Source: Strigamia acuminata (taxonomy: Eukaryota). From it: a stretch of DNA of 64,000 bases. A program made the position numbers and the translations under genes. The DNA lies in NCBI GenBank assembly GCA_949358305.1, contig OX442314.1, forward strand, positions 6,572,001-6,636,000. Reading direction: 5' to 3'. The notes below the pieces were generated by a model. The model made no database searches and was not told where the DNA came from. It was given only the letters and a program-made list of their open reading frames with translations. This document shows, piece after piece, positions 33,812-46,700 of the stretch (the stretch's first letter is position 1; each line of letters begins with the position of its first letter).

Positions 33812-34008
33812 TTAGTTTGGAATCATACAAATCTGAGGGAAAAAGTTTGGAATCATACAAATCTGAGGGAAAAAGTTTGGAATCATACAAATCTAAGGGA
33901 AAAAGTTTGGAATCATACAAATCTGAGGGAAAAAGTTTGGAATCATACAAATCTGAAGAAAAAAGTTTGGAATCATACAAATCTGAGGAAAAAAGTTTGG
34001 AATCAAAC
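33812..34008. repeat. 30-bp minisatellite (about 6.5 copies) in the central spacer
   Basis: aaaagtttggaatcatacaaatctgaggga repeated. Confidence 0.95.
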
Positions 34009-34205
34009 AAAAAAAGTGCTGTTTAGGTCCATTTAAAAATTTTAAAATCATTCCAATTTAATCAATGACATCCTTGACTCTGTGTCAGGGAGCATTGTTG
34101 TTCTGATAAGTTACCTCTTCATCCCCAACGTGATCCTCGATTGTTGGCAGTAAAAAATAGTACAAAATATCTATATATATATAGCTGCATTGACTATCTC
34201 ATTTA

Positions 34206-34571
34206 TCATACACAAATGTCCAGTGCCTTCTGAAGATATGCAGCTCCAAACCATCGAAGATTGAGGAATTTAATAGAAGATTTGAGGCAATCACTGCTGA
34301 ACTTCTCATCAATGCGCCTCCAGACAAATCCTCCATTGTCATCTCCACATTCAAGGCAAATTCTGGACTCATCACTGAATATGACTTTACTCCAGTCATG
34401 AGAAGTCCAGTGTTTATGTTGTTTTGCCTGTTTTAAACTTGCTTGCCTATGCTTTTTGGTTAGAAATGGTTTTACTTTAGTTTTTCTGGATTTAAAACCC
34501 ATTTCATTGAGTTGATTTTTGACTGTGCTGTCGCACACTTTGACAGTGGCTTTACTCCACTCTTGATTCAT
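34206..34571 (-). pseudogene. Tc1-family transposase fragment
   Basis: STVKNQLNEMGFKSRK...KPFLTKKH...WSKVIFSDESRI...VWRR is the typical Tc1 HTH-linker plus first catalytic Asp. The frame is lost after IKF. Confidence 0.88.
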
Positions 34572-34769
34572 CTCATTTGATGTGTTTTTTCACAATTTTT
34601 ATATAATTTTCCGCAATGTCCTATCCTGTCGTTTTGAAGTTTTCCTTGGTCTGCCATTTTTTGGGCGACACTTCCTGTCTCTTGATATTTTGTTCAAACG
34701 TTAAATACAGCAGATTGGGTAATACTGAACACAGTTCTGAGTTCTTCCTTCTTTTCATGCCTTGATAGT

Positions 34770-35560
34770 TTTGACATATCCCATGATCAATTCTCAAGAA
34801 ACAGACTCTTCGAACGGTTTGTGCAGTTTTGACATAACTGTCGGCATAACTTACAAATCGCAAGTATCAGGTCACTGAAAGTTTTGATAGTGTTACAAAA
34901 CCTCGTAAAAAACCCAATAAAACAAGTTTCATTCATATCCCATGGTCGGCTCTCGAGAAATAGACTCTTCGAACGGTTTGTGCAGTTTTGACATCACTGT
35001 CGGCTTAACTTACAAACTGCATGTGCTAGATGTTTGTAAGTTTCTATATAGTTACAAAACCATAGGAAAAACCCAATAAAACAGGTTTCTTACATATCCC
35101 ATGATCAATTCTCAAGAAACAGACTCTTCAAACAGTTTGTGTAATTTTGACATCAACTACGACGGACTTCAATACCACAACTGCTAGGTGTTTATAAGTT
35201 TCTATATACATGTAGTTACAAAACCACAGGAAAAATTTAATGAAACAAGTTTCATCCATATCTCATGGTCGATTCTCAAGAAACAGACTATTCGAACGGT
35301 ATGTGCAGTTTTGACATCAACATTAGCATGACTTACAAACCGCAAGCATCAGGTCACTGATAGTTTTGATAGTGTTACAAAACCTCGTAAAAAACCCAAT
35401 AAAATAAGTTTTATTCATATCCCATGATCGGTTCTCGAGAAACAGACTCTTTGAACAGTTTGTGTAGTTTTGACATCAACATTAGCATGATTTACAAACC
35501 GCAGGTGCTAGGTGTTTGAAAGTTTCTATATAGTTACAAAACCACGGAAAAAATTCCTGT
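34770..35560. repeat. ~160-bp tandem repeat (about 5 units) at the inner end of the right arm; about 2 inverted units at 33370-33675
   Basis: ttttgacatc...gagaaacagactctt...aacrgtttgtg recurs near 34829, 34987, 35147, 35310 and 35470. Confidence 0.85.
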
Positions 35561-38500
35561 ATTTCATCATCAAATGTTAAAGATTTCTCAGCACAACATA
35601 GAGTTTTCATCAAAACCAAGAGAATTTTCATCAAAACCAAGAGTATTTTCATCAAAACCTAGAGAATTTTCATCAAAACCAAGAGAATTTTCATCAGAAG
35701 TAAGACAATTTTCACCAAAACTAAGACAATTTTCTCAAAAACTAAGACAATTTTCTCAAAAACTAAGACAATTTTCTCAAAAACTAAGACAATTTTCTCA
35801 AAAACTAAGACAATTTTCAATAAAAGTTAGACAATTTTCATCAATAGTTAGACAATTTTCAACACAACTTAGAGATTTTTCCACACAGCTTAGAGAATCT
35901 TCACCAAATGTAAGAAAATTTTCATCAAATGTTAGGAAATTTTCACCAAATGTTATAGAATTTTCACCAAATGTTAGAGAATTTTCACCAAATGTTAGAG
36001 AATTTTCACCAAATGTTAGAGAATTTTCAACAAATGTTAGAGAATTTTCACCAAATGTTAGAGAATATTCACCAAATGTTAGAGAATTTTCACCAAATGT
36101 TAGAGAATATTCACCAAATGTTAGAGAATTTTCACCAAATGTTAGAGAATTTTCAACAAATGTTAGAGAATTTTCACCAAATGTTAGAGAATTTTATAAG
36201 TCATGTGTAAGACAGGGGTCCGATGGTCAAGGGACTGCATGAATAAGGTGTTCGGTTTAGTTTATCTCATCGTCCACGTTGTAGGTCAGTACGGATCGAT
36301 ACCCAACCCACGCAGATTTACATAATAATACAGGTTTATTTACAAGCAGTGCCTGGCCACGCGTTGCTGCGGCACAGTCTGACACCTATCCCGTTTGCAG
36401 CGCCTGTCCTGTTTTCGTATCCTACGCGTTGGTTGAATTGCGATGCCAGGTTTTCGAGACATCCTTGTCTCCTTCACTTCACGAATTGTAAAATAGGACG
36501 CAAAGCGTGCAATAGATGGATTTCTTCCTCCTCCTATATAAGTTTCAAATTTTATGTGAAAAAGTGAAAGAATCAAAAGACATAACTTACTTCATTCATT
36601 CAAACATTGTAATAATTATTGGTAATCTTCATTTGAAATTGTGTTAAGTAAAGCTTTGATTCACCAAACTAACTTACTTACTTCATTCAAACTTTGGAAC
36701 CTTTATGCAAATGTCAAATTGTTGTCAAAATTATGAAACAAAATAAAAAAACGTGTTTTCAAGTGAGAAAAGTGGATTTTCAAGTGAGAAAAGTGTTTTT
36801 TCAAGTGAAAAAAGTGTGATTTTAAGTGAAATTCAAGTGAAAAATGTGTGATTTTAAGTGAAATTTAAGTGACGAATATGTGATTTTAAGTGAAATTCAA
36901 GTGAAAAAAATACATTCAAAAGAGGAAACAACTTACTTCCTTCATTCGAACTTTGTAACCTTTATGTAAATGTCAAATTGCTGTATCAAAATTATGTAAA
37001 CAAAATAATAAAAATGTGTTTTGTAAAATCAAAGTGTGATTTTAAGTGAAATTCAAGTGAAAAAAAATACATTCAAAAGAGGAAACAACTTACTTCCTTC
37101 ATTTGAACTTTGTAACCTTTATGTAAATGTCAAATTGCTGTGTCAAAATTATGTAAACAAAATAATAAAAAATGTGTTTTGTGAAATCAAATTACTCTTC
37201 AAAATACAGAAATGAAATAAAAACCTACAGATTTCCCTCTTAGATACACCCATCACAGTCCTATTTAAACCACTCATAGCTAAAGACACTCTCATCTCGT
37301 TGCAATAATGCACTGCTCTTGCACAATGCTGGTGCCATCTTCCGTCTCATTGTTGACATCAACATTAGCATGACTTACAAACCGCAAGCATCAGGTCACT
37401 GATAGTTTTGATAGTGTTACAAAACCTCGTAAAAAACCCAATAAAATAAGTTTTATTCATATCCCATGATCGGTTCTCGAGAAACAGACTCTTTGAACAG
37501 TTTGTGTAGTTTTGACATCAACATTAGCATGATTTACAAACCGCAGGTGCTAGGTGTTTGAAAGTTTCTATATAGTTACAAAACCACGGAAAAAATTCCT
37601 GTATTTCATCATCAAATGTTAAAGATTTCTCAGCACAACATAGAGTTTTCATCAAAACCAAGAGAATTTTCATCAAAACCAAGAGTATTTTCATCAAAAC
37701 CTAGAGAATTTTCATCAAAACCAAGAGAATTTTCATCAGAAGTAAGACAATTTTCACCAAAACTAAGACAATTTTCTCAAAAACTAAGACAATTTTCTCA
37801 AAAACTAAGACAATTTTCTCAAAAACTAAGACAATTTTCTCAAAAACTAAGACAATTTTCAATAAAAGTTAGACAATTTTCATCAATAGTTAGACAATTT
37901 TCAACACAACTTAGAGATTTTTCCACACAGCTTAGAGAATCTTCACCAAATGTAAGAAAATTTTCATCAAATGTTAGGAAATTTTCACCAAATGTTATAG
38001 AATTTTCACCAAATGTTAGAGAATTTTCACCAAATGTTAGAGAATTTTCACCAAATGTTAGAGAATTTTCAACAAATGTTAGAGAATTTTCACCAAATGT
38101 TAGAGAATATTCACCAAATGTTAGAGAATTTTCACCAAATGTTAGAGAATATTCACCAAATGTTAGAGAATTTTCACCAAATGTTAGAGAATTTTCAACA
38201 AATGTTAGAGAATTTTCACCAAATGTTAGAGAATTTTATAAGTCATGTGTAAGACAGGGGTCCGATGGTCAAGGGACTGCATGAATAAGGTGTTCGGTTT
38301 AGTTTATCTCATCGTCCACGTTGTAGGTCAGTACGGATCGATACCCAACCCACGCAGATTTACATAATAATACAGGTTTATTTACAAGCAGTGCCTGGCC
38401 ACGCGTTGCTGCGGCACAGTCTGACACCTATCCCGTTTGCAGCGCCTGTCCTGTTTTCGTATCCTACGCGTTGGTTGAATTGCGATGCCAGGTTTTCGAG

Positions 38501-39397
38501 ACATCCTTGTCTCCTTCACTTCACGAATTGTAAAATAGGACGCAAAGCGTGCAATAGATGGATTTCTTCCTCCTCCTATATAAGTTTCAAATTTTATGTG
38601 AAAAAGTGAAAGAATCAAAAGACATAACTTACTTCATTCATTCAAACATTGTAATAATTATTGGTAATCTTCATTTGAAATTGTGTTAAGTAAAGCTTTG
38701 ATTCACCAAACTAACTTACTTACTTCATTCAAACTTTGGAACCTTTATGCAAATGTCAAATTGTTGTCAAAATTATGAAACAAAATAAAAAAACGTGTTT
38801 TCAAGTGAGAAAAGTGGATTTTCAAGTGAGAAAAGTGTTTTTTCAAGTGAAAAAAGTGTGATTTTAAGTGAAATTCAAGTGAAAAATGTGTGATTTTAAG
38901 TGAAATTTAAGTGACGAATATGTGATTTTAAGTGAAATTCAAGTGAAAAAAATACATTCAAAAGAGGAAACAACTTACTTCCTTCATTCGAACTTTGTAA
39001 CCTTTATGTAAATGTCAAATTGCTGTATCAAAATTATGTAAACAAAATAATAAAAATGTGTTTTGTAAAATCAAAGTGTGATTTTAAGTGAAATTCAAGT
39101 GAAAAAAAATACATTCAAAAGAGGAAACAACTTACTTCCTTCATTTGAACTTTGTAACCTTTATGTAAATGTCAAATTGCTGTGTCAAAATTATGTAAAC
39201 AAAATAATAAAAAATGTGTTTTGTGAAATCAAATTACTCTTCAAAATACAGAAATGAAATAAAAACCTACAGATTTCCCTCTTAGATACACCCATCACAG
39301 TCCTATTTAAACCACTCATAGCTAAAGACACTCTCATCTCGTTGCAATAATGCACTGCTCTTGCACAATGCTGGTGCCATCTTCCGTCTCATTGTTG
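35314..39397. repeat. 2042-bp tandem duplication in the right arm (35314-37355 and 37356-39397)
   Basis: Identical ORF sets at offset 2042; junction ctcattgTTG|acatcaac with TTG microhomology. Confidence 0.93.
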
Positions 39398-39663
39398 GCA
39401 ATAGTAATGACAAAATCCATTGTTTTTTATTTAAAAACAATTTTAAAAAAAAGCAGAGAGAAAAAGCAGAGAAAAAAAGCAGAGAGAAAAAACTGTATTT
39501 ACCTGGAATTTTTTAAAATATTTTTATAATTTTATCTCAAATTTTTTAATTCATTAAAATAAAAAATTTCAGTCACTTCCCTTATTTTTTTTACCGGAAA
39601 AAAGATCAAATCACAGGTCAAAGAGACGGAAGAGAAGTGGAGGGAAAAAATAACAACACCACT

Positions 39664-40294
39664 TGTCGTGATTCGACTTTGTGGTTAAAGATAATAAATA
39701 ATACACTCGGGAATACAATATATTTCAAATACTGCTTTATTAAAACACGCTTACTAATACAAATATAAGTCAAGATGTTTCCTGTGTTGGTCCTCGGATT
39801 CGGCTGCGAATACGAGTTGCCGCTAAACAATGGCGGATCCAATTGTTTAGTCCTACGCGTGGTCTATGTTTGTTGTCTAGGGTATTTCCACGTGTTATTA
39901 TGAACACGCGAGAATTCGCTTTCTCGTGCGAATTAAACGAATATCGTTCGAATATTTATTCTAGCGTAGATTGGCTACGCTAAATAAATGTGGCTGTTGT
40001 ACAGTTGAAATGGTCAGCGGGCACCGGTCCTCGATCAATCCGTGAAACGGCCTGAAAGGTGAGGTAAATGGTGCTCTTGCTGAAATGTGGTAACTGTAGT
40101 GTCGTTTCCGGTCAAGCATTGGCTATATATATTAACCGGAAATGACGTCATATGCAAATCCTTCTGATTATGCAGGTTCGCAGAAACACGCGACTAGTCA
40201 GTCTAGTCGGTATTTCTAGCGCGCTCTAGTGGCGAGTATTAGTAACACAATAATCACCGCTAATTACTTCTTCAGGTGATGCTGAATCACCACA
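39664..40294 (-). repeat. E3 3' LTR
   Basis: Direct repeat of 50795-51425 (no differences noticed); PPT cggggagggacg adjacent on the minus strand (40295-40306). Confidence 0.97.
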
Positions 40295-40488
40295 CGTCCC
40301 TCCCCGAGAATAAATCATCGGGGCCCCCCCTTTAAATAAAGGTGGAGCAGTATCTTTAATCATAAATAATCTTTTTATTAAATAATGATGAATGATGAAC
40401 AAAATATTTTACATTCTTGAAATTGATACATAAATAATTTCAGGGTTTTTTAGAGAAGACAGTCTTCTCGTTATGAATATGTAATTAA

Positions 40489-43179
40489 TTATTTCTTCAA
40501 GTTATCGGCGTAACTTGGCTTATCTTCCGAACTTGGTTCGTCCAGGTTGGGAGATGTGGTCAATTTTGAAGAGTAGTCCGAGGGGTCTTCGCTCTCGTTC
40601 AAGTAGAAACGTAAGTGACCTGGTGCTTCCAGCGGATTCCCCGTTCGTTCGTGGGCCCAAATTGGCGGCAAAAAGGGCGACATTCCCTGATTGGTGTGAT
40701 GGATTCTTTGGGCCTCGGCAATGCTGGTTGGCGCGCGATGGGCTCGGAGTAGTCGTTGATGCTGGATGAAGCGATCGCCTCCGGCTCCAGCTTCGATAGC
40801 GTTCTTCATCCAGACATAAAGAGAATAGCCACGGTCTGGGGTTTGGAGTAATTTTGTTTCAGTATCCTTCGTCAAGGACAACCCCGGGAAGTACATCCGG
40901 AGTCTGGCGGCGATCTGAGGTTCGGCCGTCTTTGAAGCTTTCATGCTCGATTTTGGGCGGAGCAATTTTCCTTTTGTTTCCTTCTTTTTGAGCGAGACTG
41001 GTTCGGCCAGTGGTTCGGAAGGTCTATTTTCCTTCGGCGGAGGCGGAGGAGGAGGCGTCGGATCCCTGGGAGCCGGAGTTTCCACGACGGGTGTGGTCAC
41101 TGAAGACGACGGGCGTGGGTGTTGGATGATCGCTCGAACGTTCTGATAGGAGGTCTCTGGATCCGGGTCCTGGGCCACCATTTGGGCTCGAATTACTGCC
41201 GCAGAGGGCACTAGGCGGGTCCAGCTGTCTACGAGAGCCGGCGGGACTTGGAAACCCTCGTGGGCCACCACGATCCAGGCTGCCACAGCAACACGTGCGT
41301 TTCGGAAGGTGGCGGCGGCCAGCAAAATCGACATCAAGTCGGTAATGGCAACCACGATCCTCGTATTCCAATTTGGATGATCCCGATTTTTGTTCTGCGT
41401 ATATTCAATCGAGATCCGCTGAAGGTTCGTGATGACGTTTTGGATCACGTTTTGTTGGTAGGAGTCCATCTCGCACAAAAGCGCTCTAGCTTGCTCCACG
41501 GTCGTTACCTCCAGAAACTGTTGCAACGTTACCTCCGAAGGGTTGATTGGAGTCGAGGCTTGGATGACTGCTGGGGCTGGCAACATCGGATTGGGTCCCG
41601 TGGATGTCGTTGGCTGAGGCACAGATCTGACCAGACGTCTTGATTTTTCCGGTTCGGGCTTGTCCCAAACGATTGGAGTTCTCGTTGAAGTTGAGGCTTC
41701 GGGGATAGTTGGGAGAGGTTCGACTTTGGCCGGTCCAAAGCGAGCTTCTCGATGTCTGAGTTGTTCTTCAGAACTCAGTGTCGGTGCGCCGATTATCACT
41801 TTCTTGCGAAAGGCGCTTGGGAGGCTGACGCTGGATGTTACGCTTCTCGTCTGCGAGAGTTCCGGCTTGATGAAAGCACTTGGCGCCGTCTCTAGACTCG
41901 AGGCGGTCGAGGGAGTCGGGCGGTAGACTGGTTTCGGCTGCATTTGTTGGTATTGCATAACTACCGCGAGGAGGTCCGCCTGAGTATACATCTTCTTTTG
42001 CTCGGGGACCTCGTCGATAATTACCTCATCGTCGATCTTCATTGGTTCGGGACTGTCCCGAATTGATCGTGTATCTTCGCAGCGCCTCCTATCTCGCTGT
42101 CGAATTTCTTCTTCACGATACGCTTTCCATGAACGTGCGCGACTCTCCGATCCTCTCCTTCTTCGTTCGTCTTGTAGACGGAGGTTCTCTCGTTCACGTC
42201 GGGCTCTTTCATCACGTTCGCGCAGGAACTCCTCTCGGTGTCTATTCCAGGATTCCTTGTTTTCTTCCCGCCGTCGGAAGTAATTTCTACGATAATCGTC
42301 CCAATTTTCTTGGTTCCTATCGCGTCGGCGTTGATCTTCTCGGCGGTCGGGGCGTTCGCGTACATTTTCTCTTCTTCGGCTGGTTGACGGGGCATCCCTG
42401 GATTGAAATCGCGATGTTTGTGGGATCTCCGTCTTTCCCAGGCGAGAGAGAGCGCTTGGTTTGGCCAGGCGTTTCTCTGTCGCGGGTTTCTTATTCTGCG
42501 CGCTGCTGGAAGTGCTTGGCTTGTCCAGGCATGGTTTCTTCGCTGAGCAGCCTGCTTCGTCGTGCTCGTTGGAGAGACGTTTCTCGGCCTTCTGGCGTTT
42601 GCGACCAAAGAAGCCCAAAAAATGCAATTGATGCATTGCTCGTTGCGAGGTGATGAAACCGTGTCTCGGTCTCCAATCTGGGCGGTCGGGCCGGTCTTCG
42701 CGGATCTGAAGGAGCCAAAACCTGATTTCCTCGGTCGAGTAACCGTCCGGCTGTAGATAATTGAAAACCTCGTCATGTGCGGTCCGCCTTACTTCTTCGT
42801 AATATGCCATATGAATCTGGTGTTTTTCTTCATCTGTTTCGGCGTCGCGCCATTGTTCGTAAACGTCCCATCCTCGCTGGTCGTCAGGAAAGGCGGCTCG
42901 GATTAGTGGATTCGGGATTGGCGCTGGCGGGTCCATATTTCTCGAGATAACTGCCCGTAAAGCTGCTTGATATTGGCGCGGCATGTAGTGGATCAACGTT
43001 TGCTGGCTGGACCAGTAGCGGCTGATCGCACGGGACAATAAAAGGCGAATTTTCCATGGTTCAAAGTCGACCGCTTCTTCGAGCGCTTGTCGGAACAGTA
43101 TGGGGATTACTTCGCGCCATAAGCTGCCTGCGGAAACTCTTTTCGGGTCGATTTGCCCCCACGTAGTGCGATATCCGTC
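40489..43179 (-). CDS. E3 ORF3 main exon (896 codons; 946 aa with exon 1), unknown function
   Basis: The frame is open from the acceptor tatttag|GAC GGA TAT at 43180/43179, 47 codons upstream of the listed non-ATG start. Homologous motifs with E2 ORF3. Confidence 0.88.
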   Translation of the reverse strand, partial: DGYRTTWGQIDPKRVSAGSLWREVIPILFRQALEEAVDFEPWKIRLLLSRAISRYWSSQQTLIHYMPRQYQAALRAVISRNMDPPAPIPNPLIRAAFPDDQRGWDVYEQWRDAETDEEKHQIHMAYYEEVRRTAHDEVFNYLQPDGYSTEEIRFWLLQIREDRPDRPDWRPRHGFITSQRAMHQLHFLGFFGRKRQKAEKRLSNEHDEAGCSAKKPCLDKPSTSSSAQNKKPATEKRLAKPSALSRLGKTEIPQTSRFQSRDAPSTSRRRENVRERPDRREDQRRRDRNQENWDDYRRNYFRRREENKESWNRHREEFLRERDERARRERENLRLQDERRRRGSESRARSWKAYREEEIRQRDRRRCEDTRSIRDSPEPMKIDDEVIIDEVPEQKKMYTQADLLAVVMQYQQMQPKPVYRPTPSTASSLETAPSAFIKPELSQTRSVTSSVSLPSAFRKKVIIGAPTLSSEEQLRHREARFGPAKVEPLPTIPEASTSTRTPIVWDKPEPEKSRRLVRSVPQPTTSTGPNPMLPAPAVIQASTPINPSEVTLQQFLEVTTVEQARALLCEMDSYQQNVIQNVITNLQRISIEYTQNKNRDHPNWNTRIVVAITDLMSILLAAATFRNARVAVAAWIVVAHEGFQVPPALVDSWTRLVPSAAVIRAQMVAQDPDPETSYQNVRAIIQHPRPSSSVTTPVVETPAPRDPTPPPPPPPKENRPSEPLAEPVSLKKKETKGKLLRPKSSMKASKTAEPQIAARLRMYFPGLSLTKDTETKLLQTPDRGYSLYVWMKNAIEAGAGGDRFIQHQRLLRAHRAPTSIAEAQRIHHTNQGMSPFLPPIWAHERTGNPLEAPGHLRFYLNESEDPSDYSSKLTTSPNLDEPSSEDKPSYADNLKK

Positions 43180-43448
43180 CTAAATATTAGAATATTAATA
43201 AATATATTAGGATCGTTGATTAATTTGTCATATTTTTGTAGAGATTCTTTCGTCTAACACAAGATGGCGTCATGGTCGGCCATGTGCTTTTCGACCACGT
43301 GTCTTGAAGTTAATTTTTCTTTCGGTATTTGATTAATTTTGATAATTTGTCACTTAAAGTTAAATTATTTCTTCGTTTGTGGTCAGTCCACGAACTTATT
43401 TCGTATTTTTGATTATCGATAATTGAATTTTTTCTATTTTTTACTTAC

Positions 43449-43598
43449 GTCGGGTTGGACATCGGGTTCATTGGGTTCGTCCCAATTTCCCTCTTCGTTG
43501 TTTACAATGATTTGTAACAAATCCACTTGATCTTCATCGTCATCCTCGGAAGCGTTGTTTACGGCCCGTTCAATTTCTTTCTTCCAATCATTTCTCAT
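43449..43598 (-). CDS. E3 ORF3 exon 1 (50 codons, acidic: MRNDWKKEIERAVNNASEDDDEDQVDLLQIIVNNEEGNWDEPNEPDVQPD)
   Basis: ATG at 43598, exactly 150 nt to a GAC|GTAAGT donor, phase 0 matching the acceptor at 43180. Confidence 0.8.
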
Positions 43599-43776
43599 TT
43601 TTCGGAAACTAATTTGATTTCACGGCTGTCTCGAGGTGATCGTTGCTTAGTCGGAGATGACAGTGATAAGTGTGGGTCGGGTTAGAGGTTAACTATTAGT
43701 CTCATGTCATCTTTGATTGGTTTGGCCAATTAAGACGCATTGTGGGACGTAACAGGTGTCCCCCCTGTGGTTGTTT

Positions 43777-46700
43777 TTATCGATTGTTTGAGACAATGGC
43801 CGGAGTCGCTTTTTGTTTTCCGACGAGTTTCCCGTCTTTTATGAACGGGTTTGGCTTGTGTCGGCGCATACCGTATATTTTATCAGGTTTGGGGATTCCT
43901 GTAGTCTTCTTTTTGTTTGATTGCTTTCCTTTTTTAGGAGATTCTGCGACTATTTCCTCCCTCCCCGAAATCTCATCCGGGGCGTCGGCCACTTCGAGTA
44001 ACTCATCTTGAACTAAATTGGTTGGGCCAGTTTGTTCATCTAAAAACATGTCGCGAATAATTGGATTTTTCGCTGGTTTCGTCTGATATTCCGTCCAAGC
44101 CTCTTGAGGAAACTCAGGTAAGTATGGAGTTAATTCTCGGGCGTGGATCGATCTAAAATTAACGTTATCTGCCAATCTTTTTAGCTTGAAAGCGTTTCCG
44201 CCGTGGGCTTCGAGTATGACGTACGGGCCGTCGCGTTTGTCTGCTAAGCCTGCGTGGATCCCCTTATCGGCGCTGGACTGAATATGTGTGTCTTTCCAGA
44301 CGAGGTCATTGACTTTAAAATTGCAGAAGGGCCGATCCTTTCCAGCAATGCTAATACGATCTCTCATGTCGAATATGTGTGACATCATGTGCTGATAAGT
44401 GGCCGAAATTATTTGCTCCAGTCTGTCGACATAAATATGAGGCTTCTCAGGATCAATTTCCAGTATTTCCTCCGGTATTCGTGGGTCCCAGGGTACTCTG
44501 AGTTCCCGAGCGAAGTTTAGAAACGCGGGAGAAAATTTGCGGTTCCTTGAGATCGTTGTGCGGATGCTGAAGGCAATTTCACGAAGATATTCGTCCCAGC
44601 TGGAGTGAACATCGGTGAAAATTGCTAGTGCATATTTTATATCGCGATTTAACCTTTCGACGGGATTGGCCCGTGGATTATAGGTTGATGTATATGATGT
44701 CTCGATGTCGAATTTTTTACAGAAGTCTTTATACAAATTTGACGCGAATTGTGGTCCATTATCGGAGATTAATTTTCGAGGGAATCCAAAATGAAGCGCC
44801 ACTTCGTACAAACATCGAATGATTTTTTGCTTAGTTGGTCTCTCCATTGGAAAGAGTTCGGGCCATCCAGTCGCGACATCCATGATTACTAATATATATT
44901 TGTTTTTATTGGATGACGTGGGTTTTGGGCCCATTAAATCCACGCTCCAGCAATCGAAGGGTGCGAAAGGGCCAAGTGAGATTCTCTCGTAGTTCTTGGG
45001 CGTCCTCGGCTTGCACGCTTGGCATCTGGGGCAGTGATGAATAAAACGAACAATATCTCGGGTCATTTTTGGCCAGAAATAAAGTTGATTTGCTCGGTAG
45101 ATCGTTCTGGCCACTCCAGAATGTCCGGCGAGCGGGTGTCCGTGGACCATCCACAGAAACCTTGTCAGCAGACTCCTGGGTATAACGACTTTCATCGAAG
45201 TTCCTGTCTCCGTCAGATCATCGCGGAAATTCGGGTGGTGTTTTAGTAGAAGTCCATCCTCGATTAAGTACGTGGAGGCTTCTCTTTCGAATTCTTCACG
45301 TTGGATTTCGTCGAAATTCTCGTCGGGAAATATTTTATCTGTGATGAAGTCTCGATAAGTTTTACAGAAGTCGTCTGCCATCTGGGCGGCTATTAATTCG
45401 TCCCTGGTGGGCGGTTTGCTATTCGTCCCCTTGCTTACGTGGGCGACGAATGCTCGAACGTACTTGTCGGAGATTCGAGGTTCTATTGTTAGCTCATAAT
45501 TTGGGTGAGCGTCCTTGACCGACTGGTACGCTCGGAGCCAATAACTGTAATAATTCTGGTCTCCTGACTCGAGTTTCTCCTTGGGTAATTCGTTTAGCTT
45601 TTTAAATTCCCATTTTTGGACGGGGTTCGGACAGTAGAAGAGGCGTGAGTCGTCCTCTCCGCAGTCGGTCTCGTCTTCGGGGTCTGAAGCTGGGGCTCGT
45701 GAGAGGGCGTCTGCCACGACGTTGAATTTTCCGGGTCGGTATTCAATGATTAAGTCACAAGCCATTAATTCTAGCTGCCAGCGAGCCATTCTTCCGGACG
45801 GTTCCTTCAACGCCATTAACCACTTTAGTGCTTCGTGGTCAGTTTGTACGTTGAACTTGGTAAATTCCAGGTATGGTCTGAATTTTCGGATTGCCCAGAC
45901 GACGGCTAGACATTCTAACTCTGTCGCATTATAATTCTTTTCGGCTGCTTGTAATTTCCGGCTGATGAACATCGTCGGGACCTCTAACACTACTCCGTCG
46001 ATGTCATGCTTTTGAAGCAACGCAGCACCTAGGCCAATTCGACTGGCGTCGGTGTGAAGAGTGAATTCTCGATTAAGATCTGGTAGGGGAATTCGTTTTA
46101 CATCGATCAGCATTTGTTTTATTTTGTTAAACGATGTTTCGCAGTGGTCAGTCCACTCGAAATCTTTATCGTTGCGTAACAGATCTGTGATGGGCGCCGC
46201 GACGTCTGCCAAATTTGGGAGCAATCGATTGAAGAAATTCACCATGCCCATGAAACGTTGGACTCCTTTTACATCTTCCGGGGCGGGGAACTGGCTAATC
46301 GCCTGGGTCTTTTTCGGGTCGATGGATAGGCCACCTGTTCCGACTGTGTAACCCAGGAATGCCAATTCTTTGCGGCAAAATTTACTTTTCCCTGGATGAA
46401 TGTTTAGACCGGCTTTTGTGAGTCGCTCCATGACGTCATTCACGTGTATCAGGTGATCTTCAAAAGTTTGGGAGACTATGACTATATCATCGAGGTAAGC
46501 CCATGCGTATTTGTGTAAGGCATCGCCGAGAACTTTTTCTATTAGTTTTTGAAAGGTGGCGGGTGCGTTTACTAACCCGAAGGGCATTACATTAAACATC
46601 AGTCGACCCTGTGGTGCCCAAAAAGCTGTTTTCTCTTTATCCTCTTCCCGCAATTCAACCTGCCAGTAACCCTTGGACAAGTCCATGGTCGTGACCCAGT

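Noticed and set aside
32690..34008. CRISPR-like array in the 21-bp and 30-bp repeats
   Set aside because: Units are head-to-tail with no unique spacers, there are no cas genes and the context is eukaryotic; these are minisatellites.
34206..34571. Tc1 transposase as the mobiliser of the long inverted-repeat element
   Set aside because: The fragment is truncated and degraded, and the element has a 6-bp TSD with AGTAGT ends rather than a TA TSD with Tc1 termini.
42039..42776. 245-aa and 203-aa alternative-frame ORFs overlapping E3 ORF3, and similar short shadow ORFs over gag and pol
   Set aside because: Expected by-products of GC-rich coding sequence; mostly non-ATG starts and no motifs.
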